64,000 nt of DNA, from the NCBI GenBank assembly GCA_963575745.1, contig CAUYUJ010000035.1:1-64000 (forward strand). The letters run 5' to 3'. The stretch comes from Prorocentrum cordatum. Lineage: Eukaryota. Below are positions 1-12,659 of this stretch, one piece after another (the stretch's first letter is position 1; each line of letters starts with the position of its first letter). A program made the translations under genes and the position numbers. The notes beneath the pieces are model-generated. The model made no database searches and was not told where the DNA came from. It saw nothing but the letters and a program-made list of their open reading frames with translations.

Positions 1-847
1 CTCTATAGCGTCGTGGATCGAGTCCTCCTTGGCATCCGAGTCCTGACCGAACTGATCTGGATCTTAAGCTCGAGCTGCCTGAGCACATAGTAGCTGCCCC
101 AGAGCTAATTCACGGGGGGCATGCTAGGAAGACGCGCCGCCGAAAGTTCCAAGGGACGCGCCAGGCGACGTGCCAGGGGACGTGCCAGGGGGACGCACCG
201 CGGGACGTGCCAAGGGGACGCGCTACGGAACGTGCCAATGCATTATGGACGTGCCACGGGACGTGCCAGGGGACGCGCCGCGCGACGTGCCAGGGGGACT
301 CGCCACAGGACGCGCCACGGAACGTGCCAAAGAACGTGCCAAATTGCAATGCTGAGTGAGTGTACCGATCTTGATGTAATGTGCCGAGGGCTGTGCTGTG
401 CTGCGCCGTGCTGAACTGCGATGTGCCATGCCGCGATTGTGCTCTACAGCGTTGTGGATCAAGTCCTCCGTTGCATCCGAGTCCTGACCGAACTGATCTG
501 GATCTTAAGCTCGAGCTGCCTGAGCACATAGTCCACGAAGTAGCTGCCGCACAGCTAATTGACAAGGAATTATGCCAGGAGGACGCGCCGCGGAACGTTC
601 CAAGGGACGCGCCAGGCGACGTGCCAGGGGACGTGCCACGGGGACGCACCGCGAGACGTGCCAAGGGGACGCGCTACAGAACGTGCTGGGGACAAGCGTC
701 GTGTTGGTGGCCTGGACACATAAAAACACGGTGCCAGCTCGGGACAACCATGAGAGATACCCCCTGGGTGGCCTGGACACGTAAAACACGTGGTTCCAGC
801 TCGGGACAATCATGTTAGAGATCTCCCTGGGTGGCCTGAGCATGAAA

Positions 848-2332
848 CATGATCGACCCACGAACCCGGAAAGGAATATAGAACTGTAACACATGGCAGC
901 GTGTTCAAAGACACCTGATTGGGTGACGGGCAAATGCAATGCTGAGTGTATCGATCTTGATGTACCCTGCCAAGGGCTGTGCTGTGCTGCGCCGTGCTGA
1001 ATTGCGATGTGCCATGCCGCGACTGCGCTCTATAGCGTCGTGGATCGAGTCCTCCTTTGCATCCGAGTCCTGACCGAACTGATCTGGATCTTAAGCTCGA
1101 GCTGCCTGAACACATAGTAGCTGCCCCAGAGCTAATGGACAGGGGAACATGCCAGGAGGACGCGCCGCGAAACGTCCCAAGGGATGCGCCAGGCGACGTG
1201 CCAGGGGACGCGCCATGGGGTCGCACCGTAGGACGTGCCAAAGGGACGCGCTACGGAACGTGCCAATGGATGTGCCACGGAATGTGCCAGGGGACGCGCC
1301 ACGCGACGTGCCAGGGGGACTCGCCAAGGGACGCCCCACGGAACGTGCCAAGAACGTGCCAAGTTGCAATGCTGAGTGTATCGATCTTGATGTACCCTGC
1401 CGAGGGCTGTGCTGTGCTGCACCGTGCTGAATTGCGATGTGCCATGCCGCGATTGTGCTCTATAGCGTCGTGGATCGAGTCCTCCTTTGCATCCGAGTCC
1501 TGACCGAACTGATCTGGATCTTAAGCTCGAGCTGCCTGAACACATAGTAGCTGCCCCAGAGCTAATGGACAGGGGAACATGCCAGGAGGACGCGCCGCGA
1601 AACGTCCCAAGGGATGCGCCAGGCGACGTGCCAGGGGACGTGCCATGGGGTCGCAACGCGGGACGTGCCAAGGGGACGCGCTACTGAACGTGCTGGGGAC
1701 AAGCGTTTCGCTCGAGACATCCTATCACAATCATCCGAATTCCTACGCGCGGGACGCGGCACGCGCGAGACATCCTCGGAATTCCTGCGAGCGGGACACG
1801 AAAACAAACATTGCGCCTGAGATATCCTCTGAATTCTGGCCCCCCACGAGGCCCCCGCTCGAGACATCCCCCAATTTTGCAAAACCAGCGTTTCGCTCGA
1901 GACATCCTCAACAAATTATGAAAAACAAGCGTTTCGCTTGAGAAATCCTGTCAAAACCCAAAGAAATCAAAATTCCTGCGTGCGGGACGCGGCACGCGCG
2001 AGACATCCTCGGAATTCCTGCGCGAGGAGCGCTTTTCCGTGTCGCGGTCGGCTCTGCAAAACCAGCGTTTCGCTCGAGACATCCTCAACAAATTCTGAAA
2101 CCAAGCGTTTCGCTCGAGACATCCCCAACTCTGCAAAACCAGCGTCTCGCTCGAGACATCCTCAACAAATTCTGAAAAACAAGCGTTTCGCTCGAGACAT
2201 CCTCAAAAATAATTTCGCCGGCCCTACTCCGTGCGTGCCCGCTCGCAAAATAATTTCGCCGGCCCAAGTCGCAGGGGGGCCGGGGGGTTAACCTACTAAA
2301 AGAGAACCCTGGGCCCGCGCCCTTTCCGGGAA
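848..2332 (-). mobile_element. Helitron2/Helentron-like non-autonomous element, copy B (subfamily 1), nested in A
   Basis: + strand begins CATGATCGACCCACGAACCCGGAAAGG and ends CCCTTTCCGGGAA (asymmetric inverted repeat CCCGGAAAGG/CCTTTCCGGG). It splits an A-run of the host repeat unit and carries two ~430-bp internal units. Confidence 0.7.
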
Positions 2333-2950
2333 AAACACGTGGTTCCAGCTCGGGACAGCCATGTTAGATACCCCTCTGCGTGACTTGGATACGCTGAATT
2401 CGCGCTCCCGCTCGAGACATCCTCACAACGTCTTCCCTGGAGAGGCCCCCAAAGCGCACCCCCCTGTTCAGAGCAAGAAGCCATCACTTTTCCTCATAAT
2501 TCGGCGTTGGGCCCGACGCCATGTTAGATACCCCAACTCTGCAAAACCAGCGTTTCGCTCGAGACATCCTCAACAAATTCTGAAAAGCAAGCGTTTCGCT
2601 CGAGACATCCCCCAACTCTGCAAAACCAGCGTTTCGCTCGAGACATCCTCAACAAATTATGAAAAACAAGCGTTTCGCTCGAGACATCCTGTCAAAATCC
2701 CAAGAAATCTAAATTCCTGCGCGCGGGACGCGGCACGCGCGAGACATCCTCAGAATTCCTGCGAGAGGGGCGCTTTTCCTTGTCGCGGTCGGCTCTGCAA
2801 AACCAGCGTTTCGCTCGAGACATCCTCAACAAATTCTGAAACCAAGCGTTTCGCTCGAGACATCCCCAACTCTGCAAAACCAGAATTTCGCTCGAGACAT
2901 CCTCAACACATTCTGAAAAACAAGCGTTTCGCTCGAGACATCCTCAAAAA

Positions 2951-4599
2951 CATGATGGACCCACGAACCCGGAAAGGGATATAGACATGCGCAGCATGGT
3001 CACGTTTTCACGATACCCAACTGGGCGACATCTCACAAAACATCCCACGAGACACCCCGCGAAACATCCCACGAGACACCTCGCGAAACATTCCACGAGA
3101 CACCTCGCGAAACGTTCCACGAGACACCCCGCGAAACATTCCACGAGACACCCCACGAAACATTCCACGAGACACCCCACGAAACATTCCACGAGACACC
3201 CCACGAAACATTCCACGGGGGTGCGACTGGGTGTGGTCGTGCTGGGGTGTGGTCGTGCTGGGGTGTGGTCGTGCTGGGGGGGTGGTCGTGCTGGGGGGTG
3301 GTCGTGCTGGGGCGTGATCGTGCTGGGGCATGGTCGTGCTGGGGCGTGGTCGTGCTGGGGTGTGGTCGTGCTGTGGTGAGGTCGTGCTGGGGTGTGGTCG
3401 TGCTGGGGGGTGGTCGTGCTGGGGGGTGGTCGTGCTGGGGGGTGGTCGTGCTGGGGGGTGGTCGTGCTGGGGCGTGGTCGTGCTGGGGCGTGGTCGTGCT
3501 GGGGCGTGGTCGTGCTGGGGCGTGGTCGTGCTGGGGCGTGGTCGTGTTGGGGTGTGGTCGTGCTGTGGTGAGGTCGTGCTGGGGTGTGGTCGTGCTGGGG
3601 TGTGGTCTTGCTGGGGTGGGGTCGTGCTGGGGTGGGGTCTGCTGGGGTGTGGTGTCCTGGGGTGTGGTCGTGCTGGGGTGTGGTCGTGCTGGGGTGGGGT
3701 CGTGCTGGGGTGGGGTCGTGCTGGGGTGTGGTCGTTCTGGGGTGTGTCGTGCTGGGGTGTGGTCGTGCTAGGGTGGGGTCGTGCTGGGGGGGGGTCGTGC
3801 TGGGGTGTGGTCGTGCTGGGGTGTGGTCGTGCTGGGGTGTGGTCGTGCTGGGGGGTGGTCGTGCTGGGGGGTGGTCGTGCTGGGGGAGGTGGTCGTGCTG
3901 GGGAGTGGTCGTGCTGGGGCGTGGTCGTGCTGGGGCGTGATCGTGCTGGGGTGTGGTCGTGCTGTGGTGAGGTCGTGCTTGGGTGTGGTCGTGCTGGGGT
4001 GTGGTCTTGCTGGGGTGGACGTGCTGGGGTGGGGTCGTGCTGGGGTGGGGTCCTGCTGGGGTGTGGTCGTGCTGGGGTGTGGTCGTGCTGGGGTGGGGTC
4101 GTGCTGGGGTGGGGTCGTGCTGGGGTGTGGTCGTGCTGGGGTGTGTTCGTGCTGGGGTATGGTCGTGCTAGGGTGGGGTCGTGCTGCTGGGTGGGGTCGT
4201 GCTGGGGTGTGGTCGTGCTGGGGAGTGGTCGTGCTGGGGTGTGGTCGTGCTGGGGGTGTGGTCGTGCTGGGGGGTGGTCGTGCTGGGGGGGTGGTCGTGC
4301 TGGGAGGTGGTCCTCAGAATTCAGGTCCCCAGGAAAGGACAATCTATAACACAAAACAAGCGTTTCGCTCGAGACATCCTCACCATTTTCTGAAATTTTA
4401 ATTCGCCGGCTCGTTATTTATCAGGGAAAAAATTCGCCGGCAATTCGCCGGCTCGTTATTTATCAGGGAAAAAATTCGCCGGCAATTCGCCGGCTCGTTA
4501 TTTATCAGGGAAAAAATTCGCCGGCCTCCTTCAAGCAGGCACCGGGGGACTAGTTTACCTAGTACAAAGAGAACCCTGGGCTCAGGCCCTTTCCGGGAA
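2951..4599 (-). mobile_element. Helitron2/Helentron-like non-autonomous element, copy C (subfamily 2), nested in A
   Basis: CATGATGGACCCACGAACCCGGAAAGGG ... GCCCTTTCCGGGAA. Internal 22-bp array (~3030-3215), 15-bp GGTCGTGCTGGGGTG array (~3230-4310) and 42-bp array (~4400-4525). An empty-site paralog is present at 2201-2230. Confidence 0.75.
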
Positions 4600-4727
4600 T
4601 AATTCCGCCGGCCCTACTCCCGCACGTAATTTATCGCAGAATAATTTCGCCGGCCCAAGTCGCAGGGGGGCCGGGGGGTTAACCTACTAAAAGAGAACCC
4701 TGGGCCCGCGCCCTTTCCGGGAAAAAA

Positions 4728-5752
4728 CATGATGGACCCACGAACCCGGAAAGGGATAAAGACATGTGCAGCATGGTCACGTTTTCACGATACCCAACTG
4801 GGCGACATCTCACGAAACATCCCACGAGACACCCCGCGAAACATCCCACGAGACACCTCACGAAACATTCCACGAGACACCTCACGAAACATTCCACGAG
4901 ACACCCCGTGAAACATTCCACGAGACACCCCACGAACAGGCAACCACTCAACCAGACACGCCACGAAACATTCCACGGGGGTGCGACTGGGTGTGGTCGT
5001 GCTGGGGTGTGGTGCTGGGGTGTGGTCGTGCTGGGGAGTGGTCGTGCTGGGGTGTGGTCGTGTGGGGGGTGGTCGTGCTGGGGGGTGGTCGTCGTCGTGC
5101 TGGGGGGTGGTCGTGCTGGGGCGTGGTCGTGCTGGGGCGTGGTCGTGCTGGGGCGTGGTCGTGCTGGGGTGTGGTCGTGCTGTGGTGAGGTCGTGCTGGG
5201 GTGTGGTCGTGCTGGGGTGTGGTCTTGCTGGGGTAGGGTCGTGCTGGGGTCGGGTCGTGCTGGGGTGTGGTCGTGCTGGGGTATGGTCGTGCTGGGGTGG
5301 GGTCGTGCTGGGGTGGGGTCGTGCTGGGGTCTGGTCGTGCTGGGGTGTGGTCGTGCTGGGGTATGGTCGTGCTAGGGTGGGGTCGTGCATTTCGCTCGAG
5401 ACATCCTGCCAAAATTCCAGGAAATCGTACAAAAACAAACGAATTAGTCGAGACATCATCGAAATTCCTTCGCGCGGGGCGCTTTTCCGCGTCGCGGTCG
5501 GCTCTGCAAAACAAGCGTTTCGCTCGAGACATCCTCCAAACTCTGCAAAACCAGCGTTTCGCTCGAGACATCCTCAACAACAAATTCTGAAAAACAAGCG
5601 TTTCGCTCGAGACATCCTCAAATTTTAATTCGCCGGCCTCCTTCGACCTCGATATTTATCAGGGAAAAAATTCGCCGGCCTCCTTCAAGTTGGCACCGGG
5701 GGACAGGTTTACCAACTAAAAGAGAACCCTGGGCCCGAGCCCTTTCCGGGAA
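4728..5752 (-). mobile_element. Helitron2/Helentron-like non-autonomous element, copy D (subfamily 2)
   Basis: Same termini and internal 22-bp and 15-bp arrays as copy C. Abuts the end of copy A across a short A-run. Confidence 0.72.
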
Positions 5753-6759
5753 TAATGTTGCAGGATTTCCTTATTGTTTCAATTGGGCCTCCTATCATTT
5801 CGTGAGGCTGAGGGAGGAAGGAGTGAAGGAGAGAGAAGGGAGGAGGAAAAGGGACACAACGGGAAAAGGGGAGCAGGAGACAGGGATCAGGAGGAGGGAA
5901 GGATGAGAAGAGAGAGTGTCTCGTGGCAGTCTCCCGGGGGCGGCTCTGGGGTGTCTTCAAAACCTTCCTGGAGGCTGTTGCGGGCGTCTCGTGGTTTCGT
6001 GGGGCCTCTTGGGGGCCACTCGGGTTTCTCGGGGTCTCTCGGGGGGGGGGGGCACCGCTGTCTGCCGTAGGAGAAGCGGAGGCGGCTCCTTTTCAAAGGT
6101 GCAGTACGCGGACGCCCTCGCTGTCCTTGCATTGGCAACGGCCACAGCTGCGCAGCGCGCCCGCTTGAGGCACTCACGCCTTTAGGCGGGGCTTCGCAGA
6201 CGAGGCCCTCCAGCAGAGAGGGCCGGCAACGCTGCTTCTCAGCGGCGGCCGGAAGGGTTTGGCCGCCTTTTGCTACCATGCCAGCGCCCAGGGCTGGGGT
6301 GCCATCACAGCTGCTGAATGGCTGGTAGATCATTCCGATTTCAGCGACAGCGAGCAGGGCTGAGCTTGGCGTCTTGTGCGCTGGGGCGCTCCAAAAACAG
6401 GATCACGATGTCTTTATCTCAGGCGCTGTTGCGCAGACCGTCGCCTCCTGGTGCATTTGAGAGTCTCGAGAGTCTCGGGGCGCGGTCAACGAGGCTCAAG
6501 CCAGGCAACGTTTGTCCCCCGTGTCCCTTGCTGGCGCAAAGGCGCCGGCCTAGAGCCATGCCTAGAACTCCACAACTCGAGGGCTAAGCGGAAGGGCCCC
6601 GGGGCTTTCATACGCCATTCAAAGAGCGGGCCAGGCTTCCAGAGGTGATTTTCCGATAATCGCATGTTGAAAACGGTCCCCCCCTCCATCCGTGCAACAG
6701 CTGGAAGCGGAGGATGGGTAGGAGGAGGAGCGCACATAGCTGGGAAGACGGTGCCACAG

Positions 6760-9700
6760 CTACTGCACAGCACCAGCATCGCATTGCGGCTAATGCAGCA
6801 GTTCGTATCTGGTAATGGTATGAAGGCGTGGCGGCCTGCGGTCGCCGCGCAAGGTCCGCTTTCAGCTTCTGGTAGATGTGAAAGCTCAGGGCCACGACTT
6901 GGTGACATCGTGAACGTGGATATTCGATCTCGCGATCGGGGCGGGGGCCGAGCCCCAGGCGAGTGAGAGGACAAGAAGGGAGGACTCCACGAGGAAGGGC
7001 GAGAAGGTGGAGGAGGTGGGGGCACTGGAGATAATGGGCGAACGAATCGGGACCAGTGCAACTGAAAAGGCATGGCGCATCGGGTGCGCTCAGGACGCGG
7101 GCTGAGGTCGTCCAGGCTCCAGCCAACGTCTGTGGGTGGGCCCATGTCCACGCGGGGGGGCATCGGGCAAGAATCACCCTGAACCCTCCCCATCGAGCCT
7201 CAAGATCAGCGGGCAGCAGCGGCGGAAGGTCGCGGGGCCAGGAAAACATACGACGGCGCAGCAAGGTTGGGAGTTGGGAGGGAATCGGGAAAGAGCGAAG
7301 CCTCAAGGGAGGAGGAGAGGATTCGCTGCGGTCGCGGGCGGCGCTCCTCGGTGGCGGCCGTCGCCAGCTCCACCCTCGCCGCCGCCGCCGCTGGGGTCCA
7401 GGCCTCCAGCCTGGCGCCCGGTGGCCCTGAGCGGAGTACCAGCTCCAGGCACTCGGCGATCGAGCTCTGACGCTCCCAGATCTCCGACGTCAGAGCCCCC
7501 GAGGCCAGGCGGCCGAGAGAGCCGTGCATCTCGGCGTGGCCACGGAACAGCTCAAGGCCCTCCCCCCGTCCGCCCGCCCCGTCCCGCCGAAGAGTGTGGG
7601 TCGCCGTCCGCCGCGCCAGCACCCGGAGCGAGCGAGGGGCCGCCGACCGAAACCAGGAGATCCCCAGGAGCACAGCCAGGCCAAAGGAATTGGGAGGGAG
7701 GCGGAGGAGGCGGTGAAGGACGCGGCGCTCGGAGCAGAGGAGCGCGGGGAGGGGGAGGGGAGAGCTGGCGCGCGTGGCTGAGCGCTGGGAGAATCCCGAA
7801 CGTATAAATCCTGCAGCTGGCCTCAGCGGGTGTTCGGCCCAAGGCCACTTCTGCGGTTCTAGCTCCACATTTGGCAGCTGGGCTCTGCCATTGGGATGAC
7901 AGCGTGGGGGCAGGGCCGACTTGGAAGCCCAAGAACTCGGCGGCGCATTTCACATGGAACTCCACCCATCCTGGCGCAAGGGCGAGGAAAGACGAGCGAA
8001 CTCGCTCGACGACTTCGGGGCCACGTCTCTCCGCCAGCGGAACAAGGCAACATTTGGAGGGCTGAAGGGCCAGGCACGCGAGACGGCGGGCGGCGACGAA
8101 CGCGGGCCTGAGGAGAGGGAGGAGGCGAATCGAAGGGAGGGCGGCGCCCGCGTCGTCCGCCGTCGCTCCGCACCCAGGTTCTAGCCCAGGGCGCCACCTT
8201 CCGGGGGCGGGGCACATTGCCCGGGCCATCGCAGAGCCCAGAGAGGAAGCCATGTCCCGCAGGACGGGGTCCATGCAGAGGGCCCAGATGGTCCCGGAGA
8301 GCGAGCAGCCCAGGGCAACGCCCGAGGCCGCAGTGAACAGGGGGGCCCTGGCCGCCCCGAAGCGGGGGTGGGCGAGAGCCCCCGAATACAAAACGCGAGC
8401 AACATTCAGGTACCTTGTCGGAGGCGACGGCGAGCAAGCACGCGATGAAGAAAGAGCTGGGAGATGGAGGGAAAGACAGCACGGGGGTCGAAGGAGACGA
8501 AGAGAGGCAGATAGGCTGGATGATGGCTACACGCGCGCGCCCGCGCATCCAGACGCACCGCGTGCATCGGAAAGCCCCAGCCACGAATGAACCCAAGTTG
8601 GCAAGCATGGGCGCGCGAGGCGGTCAGAGGCGCCAGCATCTGTTTCGCAGCAGCCGCGACAGCTTTCGCGTCGCAGCTTTTCAGGCTGAGCGGCCGCACC
8701 TTCTCCGTCGCTCGGATGGTTTCCAGCGCGTCGCCCGTCTCCGCGCCCTTCGGAATAAAGGCCATGACCGAGAAGTTGAAGCCCCACGGTGCGGGGGCGC
8801 CACGGAAGAGGCCGATCATCAGGTCGCGTAAAATCTCGGCGAGGCGATCGTTCCCCAGCCGCGCCCGCGCCCGGAGCCGATCAGGACCAGGTGCCGTGGG
8901 GCGAACGCGCTGTAGCGCTGCTCGCAGGCCACTCACTGACGGCACCTCGAGATGCGGCTGCTCGTAGTCAGGCAGGTGCTGGGCGAAATACGCGTCGATG
9001 GCCGCCGCCAGCTGGGCATCATCCACAGGCGGCTCAGCCGTGAAGGTGGGCTGCCCGTAGTGGCGCAGCGCGTCCAGCATCGCGATGGTGTCGCGATCGA
9101 TGGAGACCTGGTGCCCCTCGCCGTCGGCGCGGATGCCAGCAAGTACCAGCTGCCGCCGATGGGGCACCCACAGCAGGGCACGTCGCTGCGCCGCGCGCTG
9201 CATCTTGCGACGATGGAACTCCGATGGGCCATCCGCTCCCTGCCGAGCTTGGGCCTCCTCACGGAGGCGCGCGGCGGCGGCGGCCTGTTGGCGTTCGTGC
9301 CAGGCGAGATGCAGCAGGCGACAGTCCTCCTCGAAGGCCATAGGGTCGCTCAGGAGGACCTGCGGCGTGGTCTCGATGCCACCCTCCGCATCCCTGCGGG
9401 CGCGTTCGCGCCCCCACGCTTTGCCGAGCACGTCAACGCGCTGCTCGACCACTTCGACTTCTCGGGCCTGGCCGCGGAGAACCGTTGGAGGATGTTGGAG
9501 GGAGGCCAAAGGCCAGTTAGTGGAGGCCGCTCGTCTCACGCGGAACGAGATGCAGGCCATCCCCATTGGCGATGGCGACGAGGAAACCGCTGAAGGGCGA
9601 CGATTCTCCGCCCGCGCTGTGGTCCGAGCCATGTGGCGACAAAATCTCCGACTGGCTCAGCGCCTGGTCGACGGCGCCGCGTTCGGCGCTCGCCATTTGC

Positions 9701-10670
9701 ACATCTGTCAGCGGCTGGATCTCCAGCTGGACGATAATCAGCATGGCCACTCAGGCCCCAGTCCGCCAGGGAGGCGGCCTCCTGCCAGATCTCGAAGAAG
9801 GTGATCGTGGTGTCCAGGACGCAGTGGCTCTGCGGGGAGACGAAGGCGCGGTCGATGAAGCTGCAGGTCTGGCGATGCTTCGAGTAGTGGGTGGGCAGCT
9901 CGCACGAGATCTCGAGGAGATCGCGCTGGAAGAGGCTGCGCCGGGTTGCCACGGTGCCAGACGGAGCGCCTGTTCGAGCGAACGACGCGTGGACGAGCAC
10001 GAACTGAGCAGTCATCAGATGAGGCGGTGGAGCCAGTGCTGGAAGCGGACGAGCTTGAGGAGGTAGTCGAGGAGGGTGACGGGAAGGTGGCTGGGGTGCT
10101 GGGGTGGACTGAGAGGGCCGCGTCGACGCCGGTGGGGCGGGGCGAGCAAGTGGGACCGGCTCCCGGTCCGCGATGTTGAAGTCGCCGATGGCAATGGAAA
10201 TGCGGCGGCGCGCGTCGTCCGCCCAGCGAGTCCTGATGACAGGCAGCACCTGCGGCGGGAGAGCACGATTATGCACGTTCATGATGCTGACGTGCTCGTT
10301 CGTCGAGGAGTTGGAGATGGCGAGGACGGCAGCGCGCCCAAAGAGCATGTTCTCGAACTGGAAAACGGGCCGCAGGTGCTCCGCAGTCGCTGGAACCTGG
10401 GCGGCGGGATACCACGGAACCAAGAAGGCCAATCCACCAATGCCAGGCGAGTCGCACGGACAGAAAACGACGTGATAGTGGTACGGTAGCTGGTCCAGGA
10501 CGGCGCGGAGCTTCTCCCCGGTGCCGTGCGTCTGACCGTCTCCTGGGTTAAAATCAGCATGCGCAGCTTCGTGAGCTTCGCGAGCCTGGAGATCTCGCCA
10601 TGCCTTTTGTACGCGCGCTGGCAGAAGAACCCGCGAGCCGTCCAGGAGGCGATGCGCAGCCCTCCGAATG
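6760..10670 (-). pseudogene. LINE ORF2 (AP endonuclease + reverse transcriptase + C-terminal Cys/His knuckle), frameshifted
   Basis: APE motifs: LRIASWTARG, QET..HG, GGLAFLV, IGDFN, SFIDRAF, GLSGH (SDH-like). RT motifs: APGPD, FIPKG, VRPLSL, QLGFIRG, FVSFDPRAVFPSI, SGVALGCSLSG, ATADD, PSKC, FLGF. C-terminal CLFSC..PDSFAHYLQC. Motifs are spread across several frames. Confidence 0.88.
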
Positions 10671-10718
10671 TCTGCTTGCCTTGGGCCGGGGCGAATTCCC
10701 AGAGTTAGCCAACGCGGG

Positions 10719-12659
10719 CTAGGAGCAGGACCGGGTGGAGGTATCCACCTCGCCGGCCAGCTCGGTGGCGCCGCGGAACCTGTCGATGGCGCGCTGGCGC
10801 TCGGGGTCAGGCAGGAAGCGAGAGGCTCGGGGGCCCCAGAAGATCTTGGACGGCTCGTGGAAGCCCTGCGGGACCACCTCGATGATGGGGACGGCATTGC
10901 AGCTGATGATGCCCTTGGCCCGGAGCGCGGTCCAGTCCCGGCCCCTGCCGAAGTGCTGCTGGAGGAGCTGGAGCAGCCGCTTGGCGTGCATCTCGCGGCG
11001 AACTTGTCGAGGAGTTTTGTCGGCACCCACATGGAGGGCAGCGTGGCGACCGGAAAGGAGCACAACGCTCCGCCAGGGGCTCGAAGGGCTTTGGCAAGCG
11101 CAATAGCTCGAACTCCACCAGCGGCTGCGTCACCGAGCACATGGACAAAGAACCGACGACTGGGTGCATCACCACCAATTACCCCAGTGCGACCCTACCT
11201 AGAAGTTGGAGCCCCTAGGAAAGCAGCAGTAGTTGCTATGCTATGCTATGCTATGCTATGCTATGCTATGCTATCTTATGCTATGCTATGCTATGCTATG
11301 CTGCGCTATGCTATGCTATGATATAATATGACATGCTGCGCTATGCTATGCTATGCTATGCTATGTTATGCTATGCTATGTTAAGCTATGATATGTCATG
11401 CTGAGCTGTGCTATGCTAAGGTATGACATGACATGACATTATATGATATGATATGCTAGGCTGCGTAATGCTATGCTATGCTATGCTATGCTATGATATG
11501 ATATGTTATGGTATGCTATGATGCGCTATGCTATGCTATGCTGTGCTATGCTATGTTTGGCTTTGGTATGCGATGCTATGTTATGCTAATACAGCGCTGC
11601 GTTATGCTAAGCTAAGCTAAGCTAGGCTAACCCTCTAGGCAGAGCCTAGATAGGGAATTACACCCATGCTAATGCTGTGCCGTGTTGTGCTGCGCTATGC
11701 TATGCTATGCTATGTTATGCTATGCTATGCTATGCTATGCTATGCTGCGCTATGCTATGCTATACTGGGATATGCTATGAGATGCTATGCTGCGCTATGC
11801 TACGCTACGCTATGCTATGCTGTGCTCTACTATGCTAAAGCTCAGCGAAGCTAAGATGAAGGTAAGCTAAGCTAAGATAAGGGAACGTCACTGGGGGAAC
11901 CGCGGGGCGGATCCTGGGGGAACCGCCGGGGGCGGGGAACACTGCCCGGCCCTTTAAGCATACAGGGTAAGAACCCTTCTAGGCAGAGCCTAGGCAGGGA
12001 AAAAGTTCAAGATGCTCCATGGGGACCTGGGGCGCCGCGATCCGTTCTTGCAGGCTGGCCTGGACCGCAACTTTCGTGACCAGCTGCCCGCAGTTGGCTG
12101 GGAAGAGGAGAGGGTTCGCGTCACGATCATAGTCAACTAGCCGAGCGAGATCAGCAGCATACATGGTGGCCTCGGTTTGGGCCAACGAGGTGCAGATGCC
12201 ATCAACCTGTTCCCGAAAACAGGCGTTGTCACGCTCCAGGTCATCCTGACGCTGCTTGAGCTGCTGGATGTCGTTAGAGTGGGCGGCGATGTCCGCGACA
12301 ATCGGTTCCACAAACTTGCCCATAGCGCCCACCAGGTCCTGCTGCGCCGCTGCCATGGACCGCTTGCAGGCCTTGTCCATCTCTGCGTCGGTGGCATCCA
12401 TGCGCGTCTTGACGAGCGCCAGAAGATGCGATTGGAAGTCCGCACTGGCGGCCACCGCACCACTGGCACCACTGGGGCCGCTGCGGGCGGCAGCCGAACT
12501 CAGGGCTCCAGCAGGCCCTTGCTGCGGCGGCCCCTCGGGCGGATGCGGGGCCCCCGGCGTCGGGAAGGTGGCCGCCGCGTCGTGCTCGCGGTCGAACTGG
12601 CTGGCGAAGGTGGGCGTCACGTCCAGCTGCTGGAGCATGGCCGCCTCATCGGGCGCCAC
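10719..12659 (-). pseudogene. LINE ORF1 (coiled-coil), interrupted by the 11179-12001 insertion
   Basis: Heptad-like segment IAAHSNDIQQLKQRQDDLERDN. The frame continues MEHLELF-GGDAPSRRFFVHVLGD after removing the insert, then shifts into DKTPRQVRREMHAKRLLQLL... and ends just upstream of the APE domain. Confidence 0.7.
11179..12001 (-). mobile_element. Head-to-tail pair of Helitron2-like elements (subfamily 3) carrying (GCTAT)n satellite
   Basis: Units 11179-11657 and 11658-12001 each end on + in CTAGGC-AGA-GCCTAG..AGGGAA. Subterminal inverted copy CCCTACCTAG at ~11193. Inserted in an A-run with no TSD. Confidence 0.7.

Larger units (their letters stand above)
1..4723 (-). mobile_element. Helitron2/Helentron-like non-autonomous element, copy A (outer; other end lies before the window), hosting copies B and C
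   Basis: Ends on + with AAAGAGAACCCTGGGCCCGCGCCCTTTCCGGGAA (4690-4723). Contains ~430-440-bp satellite units (starts at 1 and ~442) and GTTTCGCTCGAGACATCC arrays. Confidence 0.6.

Noticed and set aside
1700..2945. CRISPR-like array of GTTTCGCTCGAGACATCC repeats
   Set aside because: The spacers are themselves repeated and short, there are no cas genes, and the context is eukaryotic; this is a tandem array within a transposon.
3008..4401. Long ORFs over the 15-bp minisatellite
   Set aside because: Open in several frames only because the repeat lacks stop codons.
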